Virus record (IMG/VR): IMGVR_UViG_3300029983_000007
Span: 124,001 to 188,000 of that record
Strand: one strand, 5' to 3'
DNA: 64,000 nucleotides
Shown here: positions 1-10,984 of the stretch, in pieces
Numbering within the stretch: the stretch's first letter is position 1
How the letters are laid out: each line of letters starts with the position of its first letter
Position numbers and translations under genes: made by a program
The notes under the pieces: generated by a model
Database searches by the model: none
Told to the model about the DNA's origin: nothing
What the model saw: only the letters and a program-made list of their open reading frames with translations

Positions 1-1775
1 ATTGTCATAACTTTATACCCTTGCGTATTAAGCCAATCAACTAAAATTTGCCATCCTTTATTACTATCTTTACAAGGATAATGCCAATGTTTAGAGTTCG
101 CAGTTGAGAATTGCCCAATACAAATATATTTTTCTTTAATTGGTCTAACGCCTTCAGGAATTTCAATCTTTGGTATTATTTCTTCATATTCTAATCCAAG
201 AATATCACTTGCTGTTTTTTGTAATGGTATGGTTTTATAATCAATCGGATTTTTATTACTATCAAATGGTGAATACCATCCAATTTTATATTTAGCATAT
301 AAATTTTCTGTGTTTGCTTTTCCTGGATCAACAAATGTTATTTCTGGGTATTGTTTTATAAACCAACTATTCCAAAATGTTGAGCACTGAATATTACAAT
401 TATGTTTTTTTCTAAATTCTTCTACATATGGAAACCATGCTAATGTATCTCCAATTGATTTACTTTCTATTGTTATTAAAACATTTCTATTTGTTAAATC
501 AAAATCATGTGTAATTAATTCGTTATTATGAAATATATTAATTTTATACTCCTTATAACATTCATTATTTGTACGACACCAATTATTGTTATTTAATGTT
601 TTTTTGTATATAATTTCTTTTGTATTTTTATCTATTATTTCAACATCAAACTCAGATTTTACATCTCCAAGAATTTCTACATTTGCACCGTTAATAAAAC
701 TAATATTATAATCATATTGTGGTTCTATTAATTTTTGAATTGTTTTATTAAGATTAAGTGTGTCATTATATTCTGTTGTTAATCTTGATTCAAATGTTAC
801 ATTATTATCTATTCTTTTAATATTAAAATTATCCAAAATTCTTTTAGAATCTTTATCAACATTCATTGTTAAATATTTAATATTTTTGCATGAATCATAA
901 GTATCTAAATATGTATTAAGATTATTTAAATAAATAGGCATATTATATGATGTTGCTTCTTTAACAGCTAACGGGTTCAACTCTAATATAGAAGAATGAA
1001 TTAACAAATCAGATGCTTGGTAAAATGTATCAACGTCACTTCTTTCTCCATGTATTATACAATTAATTGGTTTATTATTTAACAAAGGTTTCCAATAATC
1101 TTCAAAATTTTCTGCTTGATTACCAACAAAGTGAAATTGTATTTTATAGTCTTTTAATTTTTCAGCTATTTCAAATACATATCCTTGATTTTTTCCTTTT
1201 GTGAATAACCCAACATTTAAAACATGAAAATACTCAGAATCAAATTTTAATTCGTCAATAGCTAATCCTTTATTTGCTATTAATTTTTCAGATGGATATT
1301 CAATAATAGAAGATGGAATATTGAATTTGTTATATTGTAGTTGTGAATATTTTGATACAAATAAAAATTTATCTGGGAAATATTTTTTTTTGCTAATATC
1401 AAAAGTTGAAGTATGAGTAGTTTCTATTATTTTATATGGTCTGTCATTTCTATATAACCAATTTATATGCTCATTTCTCATTCCAAAAATAAATATTTCT
1501 GGTATTTCTTCCATATGAATAATATCAGGATTGATATTATTAATTATATCTTCAAACAAATCACGCTTTGTTTCATTTTCATTATCTCCAAGCGAAATGA
1601 ATTTATCTCCTAATAACTCAATAAGTCTATTCCTCTGCACAACAAAACTCCAAGAAATTTGTCTATATTCAATAAGATATACATCATTTGTTTTTATTAA
1701 ATATTCTACTCTTTTAAGAGCTACCATCGGAAGTCCTCCTGTAGATCCGTGAGGAATTATTATAAGTATTTTCAT
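1..1775 (-). CDS. GT4 glycosyltransferase fused to an autotransporter strand-loop-strand O-heptosyltransferase (TibC/Aah-like) domain; runs off the window
   Basis: Not in the ORF track; translated by hand from ATG 1775. MKILIIIPHGSTGGLP...HVLNVGLFTKGKNQ...FYQASDLLIHSSILELNPLAVKEA is GT4-like. It is followed by VLITIESKSIGDTLAWFPYVEEFRKKHNC, which resembles the TibC/Aah LGDxxxWFPYxExF motif. The frame is open to base 1. Confidence 0.8.
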   Translation of the reverse strand, partial: MKILIIIPHGSTGGLPMVALKRVEYLIKTNDVYLIEYRQISWSFVVQRNRLIELLGDKFISLGDNENETKRDLFEDIINNINPDIIHMEEIPEIFIFGMRNEHINWLYRNDRPYKIIETTHTSTFDISKKKYFPDKFLFVSKYSQLQYNKFNIPSSIIEYPSEKLIANKGLAIDELKFDSEYFHVLNVGLFTKGKNQGYVFEIAEKLKDYKIQFHFVGNQAENFEDYWKPLLNNKPINCIIHGERSDVDTFYQASDLLIHSSILELNPLAVKEATSYNMPIYLNNLNTYLDTYDSCKNIKYLTMNVDKDSKRILDNFNIKRIDNNVTFESRLTTEYNDTLNLNKTIQKLIEPQYDYNISFINGANVEILGDVKSEFDVEIIDKNTKEIIYKKTLNNNNWCRTNNECYKEYKINIFHNNELITHDFDLTNRNVLITIESKSIGDTLAWFPYVEEFRKKHNCNIQCSTFWNSWFIKQYPEITFVDPGKANTENLYAKYKIGWYSPFDSNKNPIDYKTIPLQKTASDILGLEYEEIIPKIEIPEGVRPIKEKYICIGQFSTANSKHWHYPCKDSNKGWQILVDWLNTQGYKVMT

Positions 1776-1834
1776 TGTACATTATTTATTTTTAATTTTT
1801 ATTCTAACTTTTATGATAAGTTTATAATTTTAAT

Positions 1835-1872
1835 AAAAAAAGCATCATTGACAAATCAATGATGCTTTTTTT
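1835..1872. terminator. Intrinsic terminator, bidirectional form
   Basis: A7-gcatcattga-caaa-tcaatgatgc-T7, downstream of nadE. Confidence 0.85.
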
Positions 1873-1886
1873 AAAAATTTAATATA

Positions 1887-3653
1887 TTAATCAATTGAAA
1901 CGTTATTAACAGGCTTGTATTTGTTAATTAATGTTTCTCTATTACTAAATCCTCTGCTTCTTGGACTCATGATAACAATAGGAGAACTTTGAGCAGCTTT
2001 ATAAACTGAAATTTTCATTTTACTAACAGCAAAATTTACTTGCTCATTCCATTGTTTGATATCATATTTATAAACTTCCTCCATTTTAGGGAAATAGTCA
2101 ATATTTAATGAATGATTTTTATAATCTAAAATCAAATCATCTCGTGTTTTTCTATCTCTAATTAAAGATGCACATATTCCACTTTGCACCCAATAATCAA
2201 TAGGATCTTCATTTGCATCAGGTAATTCTGCTGCAGGTTTAAATTTACCATTATATAAATCAAAAGGTACAATCTCATCTTTATACAATTCTGTGTTTAT
2301 ATAATCTGACAATTCATACAATTCAACTTTTGTCAAATCACCAATAATAGCATGAACACCAATTGATCCAATATCATGAAATGAAGCCCAGCCAAGAACT
2401 ATTTCAGTGTGATTTCCAGTTGATACAATACCACTTTTAAATCTGTGAGTATCTTCTAATCCTAACACAGTTCTTAGTACAGCATGAATTGATGCTTTAC
2501 CTGTATCACTTAATTCAGGTGAATCACTCATATGAATTTTATCAACTTCTAATATTTCATTGACTGTTGATTGAATAGGTTGCCAGTATGTATTTGTTCC
2601 TAATTTTTCGTCTAATTGAGTTACATAATCTTTTGATTTAGTATTCAATGAAGATGGATTAGATATAAATATTGTATGTTCTTTACCCATAGCACGATAA
2701 ACTAATGCTGCTACAATAGATGAATCAAGTCCTCCTGACACATGAACTTGAGCATTTTCAATTCCTGATAATTTGAAAAATTCTTTTTGTTCAAATAGAA
2801 TTGCATCAGTAATTTCTTTATATTTACTATCATCGCTACCTACTATTGGTTCACTTTTTTTTAGTCTGAATGTTTCAGTTGTTTCTTTAAATTTAGGTAG
2901 TTCTTTAACTAATCTACCATAACTATTATAGACAAGAGAACCTCCATCGTAAATTATAATATTTTTAACAATATCTCCACAACCAACAGAATTTAATGAT
3001 ACTACTGGAACCATATTATTTTTTGCAATTTTAGAAAATAAATTTTTTCTGATTTTTTGCTTACCATAATAAAAATATGATTGATTAGGTATAATTAAAA
3101 TTTCTGCCCCCATATTAACCATTTCTTGTGGTATGTCTCTATGATGGTTCATAAACCAAGAATCTTCACAAATTGGTATTCCTATGATAGTTTTACCTGC
3201 ATTTGGTAAGTAAACTTCAAAAACTTTAGTTTCAGTTCCTTCTGTGAAATATTTTCTATCTTCATGATGATCTGTATCTGCTAACAATTGTTTATCATAG
3301 GTACGAATTCCATCTTTATCAATTACCGCTACTGAATTTTTCAATATAGGAAATCCATTTCTGTTATTACCATGTGATGAAACGAATCCAACAATAATAA
3401 TACCATGTAATCCTATTTCTTTTCTGAATTTTTGAATTTCTTTCAATTTTGTGATTTGATCACGAATGAAATCTTCTCTATCCCAAAGAGAACCACAACA
3501 ATAACCACTAATAGCAGTTTCTGGGAAAACTGATATATCTACAAAATTTTTACTATCTAATTTTAAACAATCCATAATTTTTTGGGTATTTCCAATTAAA
3601 TCACCAGTGACTGTATTAATCTGATGTAACGAAATATTTGCATTTTCAATCAT
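1887..3653 (-). CDS. nadE: Glutamine-dependent NAD+ synthetase
   Basis: Nitrilase-fold glutaminase triad motifs (FPE, YDKQLL, ICED) plus synthetase motifs SGGLDS, STGNHTE, GDLTK and PAAEL. Confidence 0.92.
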   Translation of the reverse strand: MIENANISLHQINTVTGDLIGNTQKIMDCLKLDSKNFVDISVFPETAISGYCCGSLWDREDFIRDQITKLKEIQKFRKEIGLHGIIIVGFVSSHGNNRNGFPILKNSVAVIDKDGIRTYDKQLLADTDHHEDRKYFTEGTETKVFEVYLPNAGKTIIGIPICEDSWFMNHHRDIPQEMVNMGAEILIIPNQSYFYYGKQKIRKNLFSKIAKNNMVPVVSLNSVGCGDIVKNIIIYDGGSLVYNSYGRLVKELPKFKETTETFRLKKSEPIVGSDDSKYKEITDAILFEQKEFFKLSGIENAQVHVSGGLDSSIVAALVYRAMGKEHTIFISNPSSLNTKSKDYVTQLDEKLGTNTYWQPIQSTVNEILEVDKIHMSDSPELSDTGKASIHAVLRTVLGLEDTHRFKSGIVSTGNHTEIVLGWASFHDIGSIGVHAIIGDLTKVELYELSDYINTELYKDEIVPFDLYNGKFKPAAELPDANEDPIDYWVQSGICASLIRDRKTRDDLILDYKNHSLNIDYFPKMEEVYKYDIKQWNEQVNFAVSKMKISVYKAAQSSPIVIMSPRSRGFSNRETLINKYKPVNNVSID

Positions 3654-3680
3654 AATATGTGAATGTTTTTAATTTTACTA

Positions 3681-3712
3681 CAAAAATACATATAATAATT
3701 GACATAAACAAA
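3681..3712 (-). promoter_or_regulatory. Bacteroidota housekeeping-sigma (-33/-7) promoter
   Basis: Minus strand TTTG-N20-TATTTTTG, 28 nt upstream of nadE. Confidence 0.7.
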
Positions 3713-3794
3713 AAATTCATAATATAATTATGAATTTAATCGAGTAATTAAATATAGTTGTGAAATCTTTTATTATTTTTATTTAATGTGTTAT

Positions 3795-6428
3795 TTACAC
3801 TCTTATCAAACGAAGAGGACAACCAAAAGTTTTTAACACTGCAATAGTAGCATTCGTATTAGAATTATAATTTAAATCCATAGCACCACCATTTATAGAA
3901 GCAGTTTCAAAAATAGTCCAAATTAATGATCTGTTATTTAGTGCTTGATTATTAGATGCCCTATAGCCAGTGCCTAATGCACTAAAACCACTACTATTAT
4001 CAGCATTCGTATTTGGAGTTAACCAATAAGTTAGTCCTTCTTTCTTTAGTTTTCCACCTACAACACCAATTCCACCTAAATAAGTACTAAGAGTATTATA
4101 ATTAGCTATATCTGGAACTTTCCAACCCCAAGGAGTTGATGGATTAGCAGCATTATAGTAATCTATGTCCATTTGTAATAATTTAACAGCAAACCAATTA
4201 TATAATTTACCGTATACAGCTCCAATAGCAGCATCATTATTATAATAACACCACATAGCTGCTGCTTTAACTGCTGCATAAGTTTTCTGTTCTACTGTGC
4301 CTGTGGTTTGTGCATAAATAGCATCATACAATTCTTGGGAATTTGACCAACCAACTTCTTGGAGAGATATATTATCTATAGAACCTAAAAATCCACTGGT
4401 ACTATTTATACCTATACTAGTAGATGTAGAAGTAACGTATAGATATCCAGTATATATACCAATACTTGTCTTTAAACCAGTAGGACTACCAAATAAAAGT
4501 TGAACATTTCCACTAATTATATTCTTTATTTCGTATGAGTACTTATACCAAGTATTAATTTTAATTACCATGCCTTGATAGATATAAATTCCATTTGTTG
4601 CTGAATCAATATCTATAAATCCTGATGTATTCCAAGTAGCAATACCCCCATTTAATATCCAATTATTTAAGTTAGTATCAAATCCTCCATTAACAACTTT
4701 TTCAACACTTACATTAGGTTGAACATTATTAATCAAATTACCCCGTGGTGTACATGTCATCTCACAATTAGAAGATTGCCATTGTTGAGTACCAATCGTT
4801 ACATTAGGTATTTCAGGATATAAATTCTTAATAAAATTTGACTCTGCTAAAACTTGCGTAGATGTTAATGCTTGTGAACGTATAATATGAGCTGCTATAG
4901 AACCTTTAAATGGCGTTTGATTAGTAATAGCCGTCATCAAACAACTAAAATTAATAGAAGTTATAACTATTGGTAAAGTTTCAAATAATGTACCATTAAT
5001 ATAAATATCTAGTGTATTATCACCTTTAGCAACTATAGTAATTATTGTATTTTTACCTATTAGAAAATCAACCTTTTTTAATGTTGCTGTTACTTGGGAC
5101 AGTGTATTTCTTATCTTTAAAGTTCCTGATAAATTATCAAATCCAAACAAACTTCCACTACTACTATTGTCACTAGCATAAAAATTGGAAGTAGGTTCCC
5201 TTGATGTTGTAACATTAACTAAAGTAGTCATACTCCAAGCATCCGTAGCGGAAAAACTAATTATTGGATGAATTAAATAATTCTGAGATCCGCTAGGATT
5301 CTTAATATATGGATTTTCATTTGGAGCAATAGTTCCAAGATAAAATGGATATGAAGAACCCCCAACACTAGATAAATCTAAAGGATCACCTGATAATACT
5401 TCTTTAATTGATACATTATCGATACTTAAAGTAGTAGTTCCAACAGCCATTAACCATAATGTTATGCTTGTAGCTACAAAAACCTCTGAAAATATACCAT
5501 TAGTTTTTCTTTGCGTTCCTACTCCAGTACTCGAATTTAACAGAATAGCACCTAATACATAATTAGAAATTTCAAATACTAATTTATATTGTTTTCCAAC
5601 AGTTAATATAGTACTCTGAGTTATATTTATTCCTGATGCTACGTTTAAAAAATTAGCAGTTCCTCCACTAATAGTAATACCTGCTCCTTTACTCCAAACT
5701 GTATCAGTATCAAATCCACCGTTAACGACTTTTTCAACAGTATCTAAAACCTCTGTTCCTTGTGAAGTAATAGAGTAAAGTTTTTTAATATTATTTGATG
5801 TATTAGCAATACTCCCCCCAACACCAAGCCAACCCAGTTTAATAGAATCGTACATATTATTTAACTTACACATTTTAATGTAAGAAGTTGTATTAACTTC
5901 CAATAATTCCCTAACTGAAATATTTTTAAAACTTGCTGATAATCCTAAAGTTGTTGTACTTATAACAAACCCTATGTATAAAACAGTTGAAGTTGAAGTA
6001 AAAATCATTGACGTACTGGAACTTGAAAGTAAAGTGTTATTTACAATAAGATGACTTAATGAGGAGTTTAAAGAAATACGATAAACTGCACTTGTATCGC
6101 CATACAAAAAATCAAAAGATACCTTATACTTTTTTCCTACTTTAGTATTAAAGGCTTGATAGAAATAGCCATAATTATTTGAACCATTGGTAATTTTTAA
6201 ATAACTTGCATCTAAACTTAAAATTGAGGCGTTACCTGTAACCCACCCTTCTATACTACTTCCACCACCATTGGTTACTAACTCAGGTCCGAAATTAGTG
6301 TTATCCCCTAACACTCCACCATCCGCTACAACCCTATCTTTATAGGTATTAAATAGAGATAATGCAGAATTATAAAAATTCCACATTACTCTACCTGCCA
6401 TTGCTAGTTGTTCTCTAAATAAACTCAT
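3795..6428 (-). CDS. Putative receptor-binding/fibre protein: three CBM-like repeats, LamG-like region, C-terminal Fib_succ_major (CLec-fold) domain
   Basis: Three E[LK]V[TV]NGG...W...S.[DK]N.S..E modules; VTIGTQQW, YGKLYNWFAV, GWKVP, GFSALGTGYR, FGCPLRLIR. Confidence 0.65.
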   Translation of the reverse strand: MSLFREQLAMAGRVMWNFYNSALSLFNTYKDRVVADGGVLGDNTNFGPELVTNGGGSSIEGWVTGNASILSLDASYLKITNGSNNYGYFYQAFNTKVGKKYKVSFDFLYGDTSAVYRISLNSSLSHLIVNNTLLSSSSTSMIFTSTSTVLYIGFVISTTTLGLSASFKNISVRELLEVNTTSYIKMCKLNNMYDSIKLGWLGVGGSIANTSNNIKKLYSITSQGTEVLDTVEKVVNGGFDTDTVWSKGAGITISGGTANFLNVASGINITQSTILTVGKQYKLVFEISNYVLGAILLNSSTGVGTQRKTNGIFSEVFVATSITLWLMAVGTTTLSIDNVSIKEVLSGDPLDLSSVGGSSYPFYLGTIAPNENPYIKNPSGSQNYLIHPIISFSATDAWSMTTLVNVTTSREPTSNFYASDNSSSGSLFGFDNLSGTLKIRNTLSQVTATLKKVDFLIGKNTIITIVAKGDNTLDIYINGTLFETLPIVITSINFSCLMTAITNQTPFKGSIAAHIIRSQALTSTQVLAESNFIKNLYPEIPNVTIGTQQWQSSNCEMTCTPRGNLINNVQPNVSVEKVVNGGFDTNLNNWILNGGIATWNTSGFIDIDSATNGIYIYQGMVIKINTWYKYSYEIKNIISGNVQLLFGSPTGLKTSIGIYTGYLYVTSTSTSIGINSTSGFLGSIDNISLQEVGWSNSQELYDAIYAQTTGTVEQKTYAAVKAAAMWCYYNNDAAIGAVYGKLYNWFAVKLLQMDIDYYNAANPSTPWGWKVPDIANYNTLSTYLGGIGVVGGKLKKEGLTYWLTPNTNADNSSGFSALGTGYRASNNQALNNRSLIWTIFETASINGGAMDLNYNSNTNATIAVLKTFGCPLRLIRV

Positions 6429-6431
6429 AAA

Positions 6432-9400
6432 TTACATCCCCCACCATAAATAAATTTGTCCTGCACTACGTATCTCACATTGTAAATAATTAGTACTTAG
6501 TGGTACGTAGTCACTTTGTAATGCTCCATAAATCCAATTACTTGTATACCCACTAAATATAGAAGTTGCTAATGTTCCCCCTGTCATAATAACCTTAAAG
6601 GGTTTTTTGATAATTGGATTCATTATAGTAAGAGCTTGATTAGTTCCCATAGTAACAGAGAACTCCTCTCCTGTAGTCATATCTATATTGAATCCTGGTA
6701 GAGCTACTGTTGTTATCGGCTGATTATATAATCCAACTATATTTCCATTGGCATCTACTTTAAACAAAGTTACCCATGTACCACTTCCTTTGGTGGCATT
6801 AGCTACAGTACACTTTTCAAACAATACAGTACTCATTTGATTAGAGTGTCGTATGTCACCTATTGCATCACCTACAGCTGTAGTTATTGATTGGTATACA
6901 TAACGGAGAGCTAAGTCGCGATAATTTCCTAATGTATTATTATTTATCTCTATAATCCCAGTTGTATTTTTTTGAAATGACTGAGTAGAATCGGTCATAG
7001 ACAACTTCGAATATATAATAACATTACTAGAAGTATTTATATAAAAGGAGTTAATACCCGATGTAGGAGAAAAAAACATAGCGTTACCAGAACCATCAAA
7101 TGAAAACCACTTATTATATACACCAAACCCAAATCCATTGTAATTAATACTAAAAGGACTACCAACAGTGATTGAAGTTGCACTAATATAAGTAGCAATA
7201 ATACGCTCCTCTGAATTGATTATAATTTTTGCACCAATCATTGCAGCACTAAATGCCGTACCGACACCAGTAATATTTACCCCACTTGTTGAAACAGTTC
7301 CAGTATTAATCCAAGGTGTAGTATGATAAATTATACCACCATTTTGAGAGACATAAGGAGTTATATCTGAACTACCATCAGCTTTTAAAAATTGATTTGA
7401 TGTGCCTCCAGATTTTATAAATGAATTAGAAATTGTATTTCCACTGGCGTCCACCTTAAACAAGTTTACCCATGTACCATTACCTTTCTCCACATTAGCA
7501 ACAGTACACTTTTCAAACAATATAGTACTTGCTTGATTAGACTGTCGTATATCACCGATTGAATCACCTGTTGATGTGCCTATTGATTGATAGACATAAC
7601 GAAGAGCCAAGTCACGATAATTTCCAGAGGTTCCATTATCAATAGATAATACACCAGCCAACGACCTAGAAAAAGAAGTATCTAATTGATACCCATAAAA
7701 CAATCTACCCGTTGATATATAAGCCACTGAGTTACTAGTTATACTAAAACTATTTCCGTTATTATAGCTACTAATAGTAAAAGATCCATCAGCACTTAAC
7801 TTCAATATTCGATTGTACACCGAGAACATAATACCATTATAATTAACGCTAAAAGCTAAATTAACAGTAATAGAAGTTGCACTAACATAGTTTACAATAA
7901 TACGTTCCTCTGAATTAATTATAATTTTTGCTCCAACCATTCCAGAAGTAAAGGCTGTACCTACACCAGTAATATTTACCCCACTTGTTGAAACTGTTCC
8001 TATGTTAATCCAAGGAGTAGTGTGATAAATCACACCACCATTTTGAGAGACATAAGGAGTTATATCTGAACTACCATCAGCTTTTAAAAATTGATTTGAT
8101 GTGCCTCCAGTTTTTATAAATGAGCCAGAAGTTAAGTTATTATTTCCTAAATTTACATTAGATGTTGCTCCTGTATATGTAACATAATTATTTGTAATAT
8201 TTTGAGTTAATATAGTAATTAAATTATTTAAAAAAGTGTCTCCTGATATTCTATCAAATGTTTCTCCTGTTAATAAGTTATAATTTTGTGTCGAAACAGG
8301 CAAATCAATTGGATCAACAGTTTCAAATCTTGTTGTACCAGAATTCCAATATGCCAAATAATTATTTATAGGATTTTCTTCTCTAGTAGAAAGTGGTTGT
8401 TCAAATCCAACATCTCCAACTCTAGCAACTCCAAATTTATCAAAAACTAATCTTCCATTATTTACACCATCGTAATTAATTGCTTCAATTCCAGTATATT
8501 CATTATTAGACAATCCAACTGTAGCCCCACTTCTTAGAAGAATATAATCTTTTGTTGTATATATTTGTTCTGAGTGTGTTTCATATGTTGAGCCAGATTG
8601 GGTAATATTACCATCAATATGTAATGTTCCACCGTTATCAGTATACACAAAAGGATTTGAACCATTTGGTTGATATAGTTGATAGTGAGTATGTCCAGTA
8701 TTAGACTTAGAATTTAATTGAATTTGAACATTAAATGTTATACCTGTTAAATAACCAATATTTACTTTTTCTATATCAGTTACATATTTTTTATTTTCAG
8801 AATCATTTATATCAGCAGTAGTAGCATCTTCTCCATTGATTATTAATCCTTTATAATCATATGTTATTTTAGTCCTAGTTGAACCAGTTATTGAATTGTT
8901 TGATGATAAAAATCCAACATGTCCTGAATTATCATAATCTAAATTACTTAATGATGAGTGATTTGTTACTGGAGTAGATACGAATACAGACGAAAATGCA
9001 GATTCAATACTAGTAGATGCTGATGCATTTTTTTGTACTATGATTTTACCAATTAAAAAACAAATTGTACTAATAAAAATAGGAACGGTTGGAGGTTGAG
9101 ATGATTTTGCTTCAGATTCAGTAACACAATCAGATGAATTTAATAATATAATTATTTCATTGTCAACTGATGATAATTGTCTATACACCCAATTAACAAC
9201 ATAATGTGTATCAGCAACTTCATTTAAATTCGCTCCATTATCATAATATAAATTATTATATTGAGTCACTCCCGTAGTTGTCCAAGTACCACCTGAATGA
9301 TACCATAATGTACAATTATTTATTGAAGATGAAGAAAATGACAGTGAAGTTCTAACTACACCGTTCCATGCTTTACCACTATCAATATTTATAATTCTTT

Positions 9401-10928
9401 CATTTGATTCACTAATAGACAATCCTGATTCCCAAGCAAAACGCTGAGTTTTTAAAAATCTAAGGTGAGTTTTATCAGGTAATCCATTACCTAAACTATT
9501 CCAATCTAAAAAACTTAAAATATTATTATCTCTATATATTGTTGAGATTGCAGTTGTATTAGACCAATTTACAGTACCTTGGTTTTCAATCGTATATATA
9601 GGTAATCCATTATTATAATTTACGCATAATGTACTAGAAACTTGATTTGTAGGAGTTAATGTTGATCCTGATATTGTATAATTATTTATATTTCCTGTAA
9701 AATCAATCGTTGAATATAGCATACAAACACAACTTCCAACTGTTATTGTTCCGTTGTAGTTATCTGTTATTATTGGATGTGTTATTAATCCAGAATAAGG
9801 ATGAGATGGAACTATCCAATCTCCATCTCCATTGAAATAATTATAATTATCACCTGACAATTTAGGTACAAATCCATGTTTACTTGTAGATACGTTATTT
9901 ATAATATTATCAGATATTACAATATTAGTATCTGTGTCACCAGCAATTCTATTTATAGTTTCGCCAGATATTAAATTATTTAAAAAGGTGTCTCCTGATA
10001 TTCTATTATAAGTTTCTCCGCTGATAGATAAGTTTGTTTGGTATGATATTGGTAAATCAATTGGATTAATAGTTTCAAATCTTGTTGTACCAGAATTCCA
10101 AATTGATAAATATTTATCTGTAGGAGTTTCTTCTCTGGTTGATAATGGTTGCTCGTAGCCAACATCACCAACCCTAGCAACTCCAAATTTATCGAAAGCT
10201 AATCTACCGTTATTTAATCCATCATATCTAATAACTTCTAAACCAGCGTATTCAGAATTAGATAATCCAGATGTGGATTCACTTCTTAATAATATGTAGT
10301 CATTATTTGTATATATTTGTCCAAAATGTGCGTCATTAGTTATTCCAGATTGAATAATATTTCCATCAATATGAAATGTTCCTGTATTATCAGTATATAC
10401 GAATGGATTTGTATTGTTTGGCTGATATAATTTATTATGATTGTGTCCACTATTTGAATAAATAGTAGAATCTAGTGAGCCATCGGCCTTTAAAAATTGT
10501 GTTTCTGTTCCTCCAATTATTGATATATCTCCAGATAGATTAATATTTCCTTTCACATCTAATGTTAATCCGTCAAATGTTAATCCGCTATTAGCATATG
10601 CTCCATTTGTAGTGCCATCAGATTTTAATATTCTATTATTACTATAATTTGTTACTGTATTAAATCCTGTTCCTGAACTTCCTGATGTACCATCTATTCC
10701 TGATGTTCCTGACGATCCTGACGATCCTGATGTTCCTGATGTTCCTGACGATCCTGATGTTCCTGATGTACCATCTATTCCTGATGTACCATCTATTCCT
10801 GATGTACCATCTGTACCTGATGTTGATGTCTTGCCAGATTCTACAATAGAATCCACTGTATATTTTAATTCATTTAATTTTCTTCTTACGTTTCCGCCTT
10901 CTTCATAATCTAATATCCATTCGGTCAT
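6432..10928 (-). CDS. Long tail-fibre-like virion protein with G-S-T triplet repeat and two internal duplications
   Basis: SGT/SGS/DGT triplets; QFLKADGS three times; LYQPN..NPFVYTDN...PIDLP twice; TPYVSQNGG...GNYRDLALRYVYQS twice. Confidence 0.7.
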   Translation of the reverse strand: MTEWILDYEEGGNVRRKLNELKYTVDSIVESGKTSTSGTDGTSGIDGTSGIDGTSGTSGSSGTSGTSGSSGSSGTSGIDGTSGSSGTGFNTVTNYSNNRILKSDGTTNGAYANSGLTFDGLTLDVKGNINLSGDISIIGGTETQFLKADGSLDSTIYSNSGHNHNKLYQPNNTNPFVYTDNTGTFHIDGNIIQSGITNDAHFGQIYTNNDYILLRSESTSGLSNSEYAGLEVIRYDGLNNGRLAFDKFGVARVGDVGYEQPLSTREETPTDKYLSIWNSGTTRFETINPIDLPISYQTNLSISGETYNRISGDTFLNNLISGETINRIAGDTDTNIVISDNIINNVSTSKHGFVPKLSGDNYNYFNGDGDWIVPSHPYSGLITHPIITDNYNGTITVGSCVCMLYSTIDFTGNINNYTISGSTLTPTNQVSSTLCVNYNNGLPIYTIENQGTVNWSNTTAISTIYRDNNILSFLDWNSLGNGLPDKTHLRFLKTQRFAWESGLSISESNERIINIDSGKAWNGVVRTSLSFSSSSINNCTLWYHSGGTWTTTGVTQYNNLYYDNGANLNEVADTHYVVNWVYRQLSSVDNEIIILLNSSDCVTESEAKSSQPPTVPIFISTICFLIGKIIVQKNASASTSIESAFSSVFVSTPVTNHSSLSNLDYDNSGHVGFLSSNNSITGSTRTKITYDYKGLIINGEDATTADINDSENKKYVTDIEKVNIGYLTGITFNVQIQLNSKSNTGHTHYQLYQPNGSNPFVYTDNGGTLHIDGNITQSGSTYETHSEQIYTTKDYILLRSGATVGLSNNEYTGIEAINYDGVNNGRLVFDKFGVARVGDVGFEQPLSTREENPINNYLAYWNSGTTRFETVDPIDLPVSTQNYNLLTGETFDRISGDTFLNNLITILTQNITNNYVTYTGATSNVNLGNNNLTSGSFIKTGGTSNQFLKADGSSDITPYVSQNGGVIYHTTPWINIGTVSTSGVNITGVGTAFTSGMVGAKIIINSEERIIVNYVSATSITVNLAFSVNYNGIMFSVYNRILKLSADGSFTISSYNNGNSFSITSNSVAYISTGRLFYGYQLDTSFSRSLAGVLSIDNGTSGNYRDLALRYVYQSIGTSTGDSIGDIRQSNQASTILFEKCTVANVEKGNGTWVNLFKVDASGNTISNSFIKSGGTSNQFLKADGSSDITPYVSQNGGIIYHTTPWINTGTVSTSGVNITGVGTAFSAAMIGAKIIINSEERIIATYISATSITVGSPFSINYNGFGFGVYNKWFSFDGSGNAMFFSPTSGINSFYINTSSNVIIYSKLSMTDSTQSFQKNTTGIIEINNNTLGNYRDLALRYVYQSITTAVGDAIGDIRHSNQMSTVLFEKCTVANATKGSGTWVTLFKVDANGNIVGLYNQPITTVALPGFNIDMTTGEEFSVTMGTNQALTIMNPIIKKPFKVIMTGGTLATSIFSGYTSNWIYGALQSDYVPLSTNYLQCEIRSAGQIYLWWGM
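10665..10823 (-). repeat. 9-nt-period coding repeat (collagen-like Gly-X-Y with Ser/Thr)
   Basis: tcctgatgt / tcctgacga / accatctat units encoding GTSGTDGTSGIDGTSGSSG... Confidence 0.9.
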
Positions 10929-10984
10929 ATACTAAGTATTTTTTGTTTGCGTAATTTCATTTAATATATATAAAAAAATAAAAT

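Noticed and set aside
3795-4300. Diversity-generating retroelement targeting the C-terminal CLec-type domain
   Set aside because: No reverse transcriptase and no adenine-mismatched template repeat is visible in this window; it could lie elsewhere.
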